Positions 1 to 8,080 of a stretch of DNA of 12,245 bases are shown one piece after another. How positions within the stretch are numbered: the first letter of the stretch is position 1; every line of letters starts with the position of its first letter. The stretch spans positions 1 to 12,245 of the forward strand of contig JABLTI010000096.1 in NCBI GenBank assembly GCA_013166835.1, given 5' to 3'. The notes beneath the pieces were generated by a model. That model worked only from the letters and a program-made list of their open reading frames with translations. It did not search any database and was not told the origin of the DNA. The translations under genes and the position numbers were made by a program. The DNA comes from Promethearchaeati archaeon. Lineage in GTDB: Archaea > Asgardarchaeota > Heimdallarchaeia > JABLTI01.

Positions 1-82
1 ACCGAAAGAACTAATAAAGTACATGTTAAAATAATGTAAAATATTGTTATTTTAGTAGTCAAACTGACAGGAGATTAGACTA

Positions 83-1030
83 TTGAAGATTATTGGTAAC
101 CCTACCTCATCTAGTGGTAGAGCGAAAAAGAGATGGCCCGATTATAAGGAAGCATTGGAAAATGCTGGTTTTGATGCTGATATAGTATGGACTGAGAAGC
201 CCGGTCATGCTATAGAAATTGCTAAAGAAGCAAGTGAAAGTCATAAGCTTATTGCTACTTATGGTGGAGATGGAACTGTTAATGAAGTCATTACAGGAAT
301 CGGTCAATCAGGATTTAAGAGTACTCTTGCCATTCTTCCGGTTGGAAGAGGTAACGATAATGCTTTCAACATTCGGATGACAAAGAATCTTGATGACCTA
401 ATTGAAATGCTCCAGAAAAAAGAGGTACGAGAAATTGACTGCATTGAGATCAATGATGGTCAAAGGTATTGTATGGGTGTCGCGGGTGCAGGTTTAGATG
501 CAGATGTCTCTGAACAAGTTTATAATAAAGGTGGTACTAGATTCGTTTATTACTTAGCTTTAGTCAGATCAATTTTCAGGTATCGACCTAGAATGATGGA
601 GATTGATATCGACAATGGTACAATTGTTAAAGAGGGGAAAGTACTCACAGCAATGATTGGCAACGGTCAAATGATTGGTGCGGGTATGTTAGTAACTCCT
701 AATGCAATCATTGATGATGGATTACTAGATATTATGGTAGTTGGCAACACTGGTTTTGTTGACACATTAATTACCTCTGCGAAATTAGGGAAAGGTACTC
801 ATTTATCTAATCCTAAAGTAAACGTCTACCGAGGAAAAACAGTCACATTAAGTAATAAGTCAAAGAAGAAGATATTTGGTCACGCAATGGGTGAATTTGT
901 AGGTCCACTACCTATCAAATTTACTTGCTTGCCTAAAAAATTGAAAATACTTAAGATGTCCGACGAAGTTCTCGAACGAGAAGGCTGGTTGGATTGCAAC
1001 GCCTTCGCAGCTAATGTTTCAAAGGACTAA
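83..1030 (+). CDS. Diacylglycerol/lipid kinase family protein (YegS/Rv2252/BmrU, DAGK_cat)
   Basis: Motifs NPTSSSG, TEKPGHA, GGDGTVNE, LPVGRGND, GAGLDA and DDGLLD. TTG start preceded by AGGAG at 69-73. Confidence 0.93.
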   Translation: MKIIGNPTSSSGRAKKRWPDYKEALENAGFDADIVWTEKPGHAIEIAKEASESHKLIATYGGDGTVNEVITGIGQSGFKSTLAILPVGRGNDNAFNIRMTKNLDDLIEMLQKKEVREIDCIEINDGQRYCMGVAGAGLDADVSEQVYNKGGTRFVYYLALVRSIFRYRPRMMEIDIDNGTIVKEGKVLTAMIGNGQMIGAGMLVTPNAIIDDGLLDIMVVGNTGFVDTLITSAKLGKGTHLSNPKVNVYRGKTVTLSNKSKKKIFGHAMGEFVGPLPIKFTCLPKKLKILKMSDEVLEREGWLDCNAFAANVSKD

Positions 1031-1045
1031 AATTCAATAACAAAT

Positions 1046-1081
1046 ATTGGGAAAAAGGCTCAAGGCAAATAATTTCCCAAT
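1046..1081. terminator. Inverted repeat between convergent genes, possible terminator hairpin
   Basis: ATTGGGAAA (1046-1054) and TTTCCCAAT (1073-1081) form a perfect 9-bp stem with an 18-nt loop, between the stops at 1030 (+) and 1081 (-). Confidence 0.45.
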
Positions 1082-1266
1082 TATTTTTTCCATGTGTGAT
1101 TACAATCTTTACACTGATTTTCTTTATGAACAACGATTTTGTTGAGTCTAGTATGCATACCACTACAAGTATAATTTAAAACAGGTTTTTGGTTTACAAC
1201 AATTGTTTCAATCAGTCTAGAACTACACTTTGGACATTTCATAAATATACTATATTTTATTTTCAT
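1081..1266 (-). CDS. Small zinc-ribbon protein (CPKC...CKDC); true start probably ATG at 1242
   Basis: MKCPKCSS...QCKDCNHTW has two CxxC pairs and a terminal Trp, typical of archaeal Zn ribbons. A TATA-like TTTAAAAT on the - strand (1272-1265) lies 23-30 nt upstream of ATG 1242. Confidence 0.7.
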   Translation of the reverse strand: MKIKYSIFMKCPKCSSRLIETIVVNQKPVLNYTCSGMHTRLNKIVVHKENQCKDCNHTWKK

Positions 1267-1327
1267 TTTAAATTATAACTCATTATTCTTACAAATAAGG
1301 AATAAAAAAAGTCTACTAATCTTCTAT

Positions 1328-1801
1328 CTATTGTATTATATCATTAGCAATTGCACTGAGTTCTTGTTCACCATTTATTATAGAATGATTTTTTGTAGCT
1401 TTTACTTCTTTCTCAAGAATATTTGCCCAGTTAATATTATCTTGAATTAATTCTATTTCATTCCCTCTTTCTGTCAATCTTTCTCGAATAAGACTATCAC
1501 TAATCTTAATCAAACCAAATCGAAGATTTAACGTATGACTGAATTCTGAGGAATCCAGTACTTCTTCAGGTTTAGACACCCCACAAATAATTGTAGATTT
1601 TCCTTGAGACATATTTTCTTTCGCTTGTTTCAACCAATGATCAGTTGTTTTTAAACGCCATGCTACATCCACATCCTCAGGAACACCCACTTCATCGAAG
1701 TCATGGATAGCAAAAGAAGGCATTAATTCTCTTAATTTAGGAACAACAGATGATTTACCGACACCTGATACCCCTGTAATGAAAATGATTAACTCTCTCA
1801 T
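1328..1801 (-). CDS. P-loop NTPase, nucleoside/nucleotide kinase-like (AAA_18/AAA_33 type)
   Basis: N-terminal IIFITGVSGVGKS Walker A, HDFDE after strand 2, and an RERLTERG lid motif. Confidence 0.85.
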   Translation of the reverse strand: MRELIIFITGVSGVGKSSVVPKLRELMPSFAIHDFDEVGVPEDVDVAWRLKTTDHWLKQAKENMSQGKSTIICGVSKPEEVLDSSEFSHTLNLRFGLIKISDSLIRERLTERGNEIELIQDNINWANILEKEVKATKNHSIINGEQELSAIANDIIQ

Positions 1802-1823
1802 AGTTTTGTGTGCGATTCCAGTT

Positions 1824-1831
1824 TATTTAAA
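1824..1831 (-). promoter_or_regulatory. Putative archaeal TATA box for the P-loop kinase gene (leaderless-type spacing)
   Basis: TTTAAATA on the - strand, 23-30 nt upstream of ATG 1801, with no obvious RBS in between. Confidence 0.45.
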
Positions 1832-1920
1832 ACTTGTTAAATTGTGATGAGAAAAAACTCCAAATTAATAGAAAAAATTGGAGAATAGAAATCAACAAAA
1901 AATTTCTATTTTACTGATTT

Positions 1921-2286
1921 CTATTGTGGTGTTTTATCGGGATAAAACTCAGGACTGTTTTTGATGGAATTAATAATCTCATCTTGGAATTTAAAATGGA
2001 TAAAGATGTATATAACGTAGACAATTAAACCAACACCAGTAATACAAAGTAACATCATAACACAACTTAGTGCCAATGTTGGAAAATTCCCAACAACATC
2101 AATTTCTGTATAATTTTCGAATTGAAAAACTTTAATCGTTGCAGCAATCATAGCGTTTTTCCTGATTAGGAGCCATTCTGGATTGTAACTACCTTTCTCA
2201 TATCCTGTTCGACTACTGATTATTTCAACCGCTCTTTCTTCTGTCAAATGTGGTTGGTGACTTAATTTAACTTTAATTCTTCTCAC
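1921..2286 (-). CDS. Hypothetical small membrane protein
   Basis: 121-aa ORF with one long hydrophobic stretch (LALSCVMMLLCITGVGLIVYVIYIFIHF), probably a TM hairpin. GGAGG lies directly next to the GTG start, so the exact start is uncertain. Confidence 0.7.
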   Translation of the reverse strand: MRRIKVKLSHQPHLTEERAVEIISSRTGYEKGSYNPEWLLIRKNAMIAATIKVFQFENYTEIDVVGNFPTLALSCVMMLLCITGVGLIVYVIYIFIHFKFQDEIINSIKNSPEFYPDKTPQ

Positions 2287-2401
2287 CCTCCTTTGATAAC
2301 TTATTTTTGATTTGAAATTTTAAAAATGTTATGTGAATGAAATTTCCAAAAAAAAATTCAGATCATCTTTCCAGACATAAAAAACAATTTTAAAGCACAA
2401 T

Positions 2402-3442
2402 GTGATAATACGAGGTATGAAAGCTGTCCAATTAATAGAAGTAGATAAAGATTTAGAAAATCGAGAAGTTCTAAAACCGGAACCTCAAGGAGATGAGGTT
2501 TTAGTTAAGATTAAAGCAGCAGGAATATGCCATTCGGATGTACATTATCGAGATGGGGTAGGTTCTGTTGGTCATTTACCAATTACTTTAGGGCACGAAG
2601 TTGCAGGAGTGATTGAAGAAGTCGGACCAAACGTAACCAGATTCCAAAAAGGTGATAGAGTTTGTGTCAATTATATGATAACCTGTGGAAAGTGTCATTT
2701 CTGTGTGAAAGGTTCCGAGCAGTTTTGTGAAAAGGGTAAAATGATTGGGAAAGATGTTAATGGAGGGTATGCAGAATACCTTTCGATTCCTTCTCGAGGT
2801 ATTTACAAACTCCCAGATTCTGTTTCGTTTGACCATGCAGCAGTTATGATGTGTTCAACAGCAACTTCACTCCATGCACTAAAGAAGACCCGTTTGCAAC
2901 CAGGAGAAACGTTAGCTATCTTTGGTTTCGGAGGTTTAGGTGTTTCTGCGTTCCAATTAGCAAAGGCTTTTGGTGCTCGAGATATTTATGCAGTGGATAT
3001 AGATCCTGTAAAGTTAAAGTCCGCGAAAGAGATGGGCGCCATACCTATTAATGCTAAGGAAAGTGATCCTGTTGAAAAAATCATGGAATTAACCAATGGA
3101 ATAGGCGTAGATGTTGCTTTAGAATTAGTTGGTTTACCACAGACTTTGGACCAAGGAACTCGAGTATTAGGACGATTTGGACGATTAGGATTAGTTGGAA
3201 TAACTAGGGATCTATACAAAGTTGATTCTTACGAAGCAATCTGTAAAGAGAAAGAGATAATTGGTTGCTCAGATCACTTATTATCCGAATTATCAATGCT
3301 CCTAGACTTAGCAGATCAAGGAAAAATAGATTTAACTCATGTTGTTACTAAATCTGTTCCACTTGATGCTGATGCGATAAATAATGTTCATCATCAACTA
3401 AAGGCTTTCAAAGCAGACTTCAGAACAGTAATCAAGCCTTAG
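2402..3442 (+). CDS. Zinc-dependent alcohol dehydrogenase (MDR superfamily); likely start ATG 2417
   Basis: GICHSD, GHEVAG, structural Zn site CGKCHFCxxxxxxxC and Rossmann GFGGLG. Asp in AVDID suggests NAD preference. TTTTAAA at 2388-2394 lies 23-29 nt before ATG 2417 (MKAV...). Confidence 0.95.
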   Translation: MIIRGMKAVQLIEVDKDLENREVLKPEPQGDEVLVKIKAAGICHSDVHYRDGVGSVGHLPITLGHEVAGVIEEVGPNVTRFQKGDRVCVNYMITCGKCHFCVKGSEQFCEKGKMIGKDVNGGYAEYLSIPSRGIYKLPDSVSFDHAAVMMCSTATSLHALKKTRLQPGETLAIFGFGGLGVSAFQLAKAFGARDIYAVDIDPVKLKSAKEMGAIPINAKESDPVEKIMELTNGIGVDVALELVGLPQTLDQGTRVLGRFGRLGLVGITRDLYKVDSYEAICKEKEIIGCSDHLLSELSMLLDLADQGKIDLTHVVTKSVPLDADAINNVHHQLKAFKADFRTVIKP

Positions 3443-3456
3443 TTTTTTCTTTTTTT
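3443..3456 (+). terminator. Oligo-T archaeal-type terminator
   Basis: TTTTTTCTTTTTTT immediately after the ADH stop codon. Confidence 0.6.
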
Positions 3457-3562
3457 ACTTCCTTATTTGGATAGAGAATAGTTAAATTACTTGATGTTAT
3501 ATAGAATATAGTAATAAGAATAAACAATAATATATAGTTTGTATTTACTGGGGGGATAATAA

Positions 3563-4801
3563 TTGAATTATAATAAAATGCAAAAACAAATTTTATGCTT
3601 TATCGTTTTAATGATAATGTCGATAGGATTAATAACTATAACTAGTTCAGTAAATTATCAAAGTAATTCCATTATTCAATTGAATTCACAATCTAGAAAA
3701 ACTATTAGCTTAAATAATGATATAACCAGAGGTGGTTCTACTATTTTCGCTAATGGTAGTTTGCTTTATTTCTTAGATGATGAATATGGATTCGCAATTA
3801 TTAATGTAAGTATTAAAGATAAACTTGAAGTTGTTGGAACGTTTAATTACTCTCGTTACCTTACAAGTGATTATAGTAATATGATTATTCAAAACAAATA
3901 TGTCTATTTCTTTAGTCATGATATCAATAGGATTACAATACTGGATTGTACAAATATTTCAGATATCAAATTATTTGGATATTACACTTTACCAGCTGGA
4001 TCATACAAGAAAATTGCTATTCTTGACTGGAACATATTCACTATTACTTCTACAGAATTTAGTATTTATAACTTCACTAACTTCTCTCTTATTTCACTAA
4101 TAGATAAATATACTAATGCCAGCTCTAGCTTTTTTGATTTAACAATTCAAGGAAATTACGCCTATATTCTAGACTATGACTATGGATTAGCAATATTCAA
4201 CATAACGGATTCAACAAATATTCAAAAAACAAATGATTTGGTATTAAACGATTATGCTTACACAAATTTCTATCTAACTGATGATTATGTTTACATTTAT
4301 GAAGAAAGTATTGGTTTACAAATCTATGATGTTTCAAACCCATTAGCTCCATCGAATGTCACAAAATACGAAATTTCTGGTTCTACTATCAATGATCTTT
4401 TAATAAAAGGTAATAATGCATTTGTACTGCACTCGAAGTCTTTTGACATTCTCGATATTTCTAATCTACTTGAAATTCAACTAGTTGGTAGATATACAAC
4501 TGAATTAGTTCCTTTATTTGATTCCATCAGTGTTGATGGCAATTTTGCATATTTAACAAGTATTCGAAGCGGTGAATTATTCGGAAGAGATCCTCTATTC
4601 ATAGTTGATATTACAAATCTCGAGTCACCCATTCATTTATTTCCAGAAGATCCATTTCAATTACTTTCAGATCTAGCTAGACTACTTTTGATAATTGCTG
4701 GAGTTGTATCAGGCGTTCCTGTATTATTTTTAGCTATTTTCATACCAATTTTCTTAACTAAAAGAAAAAAAGCAAATATGAATACTAAAGGACAAATGTG
4801 A
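3563..4801 (+). CDS. LVIVD-repeat, membrane-anchored cell-surface protein
   Basis: N-terminal signal peptide and repeats such as GNYAYILDYDYGLAIFNITD, YVYIYEESIGLQIYDVSNPLAP and LFIVDITNLESP. C-terminal TM helix followed by KRKK. GGGGGG RBS at 3550-3555. Confidence 0.88.
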   Translation: MNYNKMQKQILCFIVLMIMSIGLITITSSVNYQSNSIIQLNSQSRKTISLNNDITRGGSTIFANGSLLYFLDDEYGFAIINVSIKDKLEVVGTFNYSRYLTSDYSNMIIQNKYVYFFSHDINRITILDCTNISDIKLFGYYTLPAGSYKKIAILDWNIFTITSTEFSIYNFTNFSLISLIDKYTNASSSFFDLTIQGNYAYILDYDYGLAIFNITDSTNIQKTNDLVLNDYAYTNFYLTDDYVYIYEESIGLQIYDVSNPLAPSNVTKYEISGSTINDLLIKGNNAFVLHSKSFDILDISNLLEIQLVGRYTTELVPLFDSISVDGNFAYLTSIRSGELFGRDPLFIVDITNLESPIHLFPEDPFQLLSDLARLLLIIAGVVSGVPVLFLAIFIPIFLTKRKKANMNTKGQM

Positions 4802-4925
4802 ACAATAAAGCGTTAACTCAAGAAATATTGTTTCCAAAAAGATTCAAACAAATATATGAATTCCATAAAAGCTATACAAAGTTAAATAGAATTCTCTCAA
4901 ACTTATGCTTTAAACTAAAATACTG

Positions 4926-4981
4926 TTCAAAATTGCTCTTCTTATCCAACTTGAAAATTTCATGAGGTTAGACAAACACCT
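4926..4981 (+). repeat. Dispersed intergenic element, copy 1 (core 4944-4973)
   Basis: ATCCAACTTGA-AAATTTCA-TGAGGTTAGAC-AAACACCT, nearly identical to 8017-8055. Confidence 0.9.
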
Positions 4982-5052
4982 GCGAAGAGATTAATGATTC
5001 TAATACTACCTTTCTAGCTTATTTTGATTTCTAATTAAACTTTTAAAAAGTG

Positions 5053-5085
5053 CTTCTAACACAACAACTTGAACAAATTAGTCAA
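5053..5085 (+). repeat. Degenerate, internally deleted copy of the element
   Basis: CTTCTAACACAACAACTTGAACAAATTAGTCAA compared with CTTCTAGCCCAACTTGAAAAA...TTAGTCAA in copy 2. Confidence 0.5.
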
Positions 5086-5175
5086 TGCAAATCTATTATC
5101 GAAACATTAGATTTCATTAATTTAATGAAAATATTGGAATAAAGCTTGCAGTTTGTAAAAGATTTTAGCTACCAC

Positions 5176-5907
5176 TTACTCATATTGCTCTCTAGGATCA
5201 ATCGAAGTTAAAGAGGTCGAAAAATTGTAGATAAAGTACTTTTCATCAATTTCAGATTCTGAAGATTTCTCACTTTCCATGTATAGCTCATGAATAGCTT
5301 GTCCAAATTGTGTGAAAATTTCGTTAAGCTTCTTTTTTTGCTCAATCGTTGTTAGGTTAAGATGAGAAAAATTGATGTAAATATTATCCTTATATTTTTC
5401 TTGAATATTTGTATCGTCTTTTGCTACTTGTTGTTCAATTATATTCGCAGTGTATATTGCAAAATTCTTGGCTATTATTGCTACACTTTTAGAAAAATCA
5501 ATTACTACACCTATATTTTTAGCATCATTAAAATTAAACTCATGTTCTCCTTTAATTCCCGCATTTATATTACTAAATAACTGATGAGCTAATTCAGTTA
5601 GTTGATAGAATTTTCCTCTCCCTATTTGCAATTTATCTTCTTCTATTAATCCTAATTCTAATAATCCTTTTTCACTTCCCATTTTTCCTCTGCCTTTAAT
5701 ATGTTCAAATGCTGAAGGTTCTCTAATTCCCGCAATTCTAGCAATCTGTTTTAGATTTAAAGAATTATAAAATTGTAGAGATAATAAAATACCTAATTTT
5801 GTTTCATTTGCTATTACCCATATAACTTCCTTCACTCTATTCTTGTCTTGCATTATATATTCACTTCTTTTCGATACTATAACTTCTCTACATTTTATTT
5901 TTTTCAA
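5176..5907 (-). CDS. Winged-HTH (ArsR-like) transcriptional regulator with C-terminal domain; likely start ATG 5853
   Basis: IANETKLGILLSL...SLNLKQIARIAGIREPSAFEHI...LLELGLIE...KFYQLTE fits the ArsR-type wHTH pattern. It is divergent from the peptidase, with tandem palindromes in between. Confidence 0.8.
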   Translation of the reverse strand: MKKIKCREVIVSKRSEYIMQDKNRVKEVIWVIANETKLGILLSLQFYNSLNLKQIARIAGIREPSAFEHIKGRGKMGSEKGLLELGLIEEDKLQIGRGKFYQLTELAHQLFSNINAGIKGEHEFNFNDAKNIGVVIDFSKSVAIIAKNFAIYTANIIEQQVAKDDTNIQEKYKDNIYINFSHLNLTTIEQKKKLNEIFTQFGQAIHELYMESEKSSESEIDEKYFIYNFSTSLTSIDPREQYE

Positions 5908-5930
5908 TAATATAAAAAGTCTTATATTAT

Positions 5931-5970
5931 ATTAGGATTCCTAATTTAAAGGAATATTAGGAAACCTAAT
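5931..5970. promoter_or_regulatory. Tandem palindromic operator ATTAGG-N3-CCTAAT (two copies) flanking a TATA-like TTTAAA
   Basis: ATTAGGATTCCTAAT (5931-5945) and ATTAGGAAACCTAAT (5956-5970), 25-bp period, with TTTAAAGG at 5945-5952. Confidence 0.8.
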
Positions 5971-5971
5971 T

Positions 5972-7891
5972 TTGATTATTAGATTTCACAATAAAAAGGT
6001 GATAATTTTGGCAAAGGATAAAATAGGAATGAATCAATCAATCACTCTAGTAAAAGCAAAGTATAATTTTGGTCAATACCACAGATATCGATCTTTGGGA
6101 AAGAAAAGAGATATTCATAATAATGGTAAATTTTCACCTCTCAATTCAGAGGAATTTTACTATATAGATAATACCTGTGGACAATACGATATTTGGAAAC
6201 AGAAATTACCTGGGAGCTATCCGCTTCAATTAACCTTCTCTGAGGAATGGATTATATCGAGTTTTATTATTTCTAATGATGGTGCATCTATCTTCTTCAA
6301 TGCCCATTTTCAAGGAAATGAGAAAATGCAAATTTTTACCCTCCCTACAACTGGAGGACCTCCTAGAAGAATAAGTAAGAATCTAGAAATGCACTATTTA
6401 ATTTCCCCAAACTGTCAGCTTGATGAAACACACTTAATAGTCACAAGTAATCAATTCGGACCAACTAACGATGTAGCGATTCTAGATATTGAAACAGGAG
6501 AGTTAGATTCTCTAACTGCATCAGATAGAAATTTAGTCATGGAAGCGATTTCCACTGATGGAAATTATTTAGTAATTAGTGAATTTGTTAGGCATTCAAA
6601 AAGTAATCTTTACTTGATGTCTCTAGATAAAAAAGAGTTAGAATTGATTACAACATTTACTGGTGATGGGCACAATTTTTTCGCTTGTTGGACTGCAGAT
6701 TCAAAGGGTTTTTACCTTCTCTCAAATACAGAAAGAGAATTCATAGCTGGCAAGTATTATAATATATTGAATAAATCATCTGAGCTCATTATTGACCCAG
6801 ATTGGGATGTTGGAAAAGTATGTACATCCGCAGATGGTAAATGGCTTGTTTGGTCAGTTAATGAGAATGGTTATGATATTCTGTATCTCAAAGAACTAGC
6901 ATCTAATTCTAACAATATCTCAATTCTAAAATCTGAAGGGAAAATAGACTTACAAGAATTTTCAAAGGACTCGAAATTTTTAGCTTATGCCTATGGTGAT
7001 AGTACCAAACAATCAGACGTACATATTTTTGATCTGAGAACTCAGACCGAATATATAATAACCAAAAATATGCTTGGTGGTATTGATCCTCAAGATATGG
7101 TTAAACCTGATTTAGTGAAGATTACAGGAACAACGGGATTGGAATTTTCTGGTTTCTTGTTTAAGCCAAAAATAGAATTAAATCAAAAAGTTCCTATGAT
7201 GCTTTTCATCCATGGTGGCCCAGATTCTCAGGAACGAGCTACTTATGATAGTTTGAAGCAGATATTGCTATCATTAGGAATTGGGGTATTAGCACCAAAT
7301 ATCCGTGGATCGACTGGTTATGGACAAACGTTTCAAAAGCTAATACATCGGAAATTTATAGACATACAGGGTGATATTGAGGGTTGTGTAAATTATATAA
7401 AATCACTCGATTGGGTTGATGCAAATCGCATTGGTATTGTTGGTGGATCTTTTGGTGGTTTCGCTGCACTCTTCGCTATAACAAAAATAGCTTATATGGA
7501 TTGGACAGTTGCTGTAGATTTCTCTGGCCCATCAAATCTAATCACTTTTACAAAGAATGTTCCTGAACATTGGAAACCTTTGATCAAGGCATGGATAGGC
7601 GATCCGTTTGAAGATGAGGTAATGTTGAAGGAAGCAAGTCCAATCAATTTTGTTGATCAAGTTTGTTGTGAGAATATTTTGATTGGTCAAGGGGCAAAAG
7701 ATCCACGAGTACCCAAAACTGAATCTGACCAAATTGTGGAAGAATTAAGAAATATGGGCAAAAATGTAGAATATCTCGTTTTTGAGAATGAAGGACATAG
7801 CTTAAGTAAGTATAATAATTTTCTTGACTTTAATAAGAAAGCAATCGAATTCATTTACAAGAGTTTTTTCAATCTAGAAATTGATTTATGA
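5972..7891 (+). CDS. S9 family peptidase (acylaminoacyl/dipeptidyl aminopeptidase-like, beta-propeller plus alpha/beta hydrolase); likely start TTG 6008
   Basis: HGGP, NIRGSTGYG, nucleophile GGSFGG, acid GAKDPRV and base NEGHS. RBS AGGTGA at 5997-6002 precedes the in-frame TTG at 6008. Confidence 0.95.
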   Translation: MIIRFHNKKVIILAKDKIGMNQSITLVKAKYNFGQYHRYRSLGKKRDIHNNGKFSPLNSEEFYYIDNTCGQYDIWKQKLPGSYPLQLTFSEEWIISSFIISNDGASIFFNAHFQGNEKMQIFTLPTTGGPPRRISKNLEMHYLISPNCQLDETHLIVTSNQFGPTNDVAILDIETGELDSLTASDRNLVMEAISTDGNYLVISEFVRHSKSNLYLMSLDKKELELITTFTGDGHNFFACWTADSKGFYLLSNTEREFIAGKYYNILNKSSELIIDPDWDVGKVCTSADGKWLVWSVNENGYDILYLKELASNSNNISILKSEGKIDLQEFSKDSKFLAYAYGDSTKQSDVHIFDLRTQTEYIITKNMLGGIDPQDMVKPDLVKITGTTGLEFSGFLFKPKIELNQKVPMMLFIHGGPDSQERATYDSLKQILLSLGIGVLAPNIRGSTGYGQTFQKLIHRKFIDIQGDIEGCVNYIKSLDWVDANRIGIVGGSFGGFAALFAITKIAYMDWTVAVDFSGPSNLITFTKNVPEHWKPLIKAWIGDPFEDEVMLKEASPINFVDQVCCENILIGQGAKDPRVPKTESDQIVEELRNMGKNVEYLVFENEGHSLSKYNNFLDFNKKAIEFIYKSFFNLEIDL

Positions 7892-7980
7892 ACTTCGTTC
7901 GTACTTTTAGGACTATTCCTTATTCATCAAAGAAATCCATTCCGGATAGGATAAACAAATTTCTATTTTACAATTAATAA

Positions 7981-8072
7981 AAGAAAAAACAAAACTTCAG
8001 ACTCACACTTCTTCTAGCCCAACTTGAAAAATTTCATGAGGTTAGTCAACCACCTTTAAAAAGCATAGAAGA
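7981..8072 (+). repeat. Dispersed intergenic element, copy 2 (core 8017-8047)
   Basis: AAGAAAAA..TTCAGACTCACACTTCTTCTA-GCCCAACTTGA-AAAATTTCA-TGAGGTTAGTC-AACCACCTTTAAAAAGCATAGAAGA. Confidence 0.92.
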
Positions 8073-8080
8073 CAGGAAGA

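Noticed and set aside
1283-1305. Bulged inverted repeat TTATTCTTA-CAAA-TAAGGAATAA
   Set aside because: Weak AT-only stem; cannot be distinguished from background.
2296-2332. ATAAC...GTTAT imperfect hairpin in a divergent promoter region as another repeat copy
   Set aside because: It lacks CCAACTTGA and TGAGG and is almost all A/T; probably chance or an unrelated operator.
4944-4973. Canonical integron attC site
   Set aside because: R-box-like ends are present, but 30-31 bp is far below typical attC length, there are no L boxes, and genes lie in both orientations. Kept only as an analogy.
7957-7971. Exact 15-mer AAATTTCTATTTTAC shared with 1900-1914
   Set aside because: Low-complexity AT-rich match with no extension; about one such match is plausible by chance in a window of this size and composition.
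8016-8043. Group II intron domain V or SECIS resemblance (AGC...GAAA...GGTT; ATGA)
   Set aside because: Stem pairing is poor, no other intron domains or RT are present, and adjacent genes show no sign of in-frame TGA recoding.
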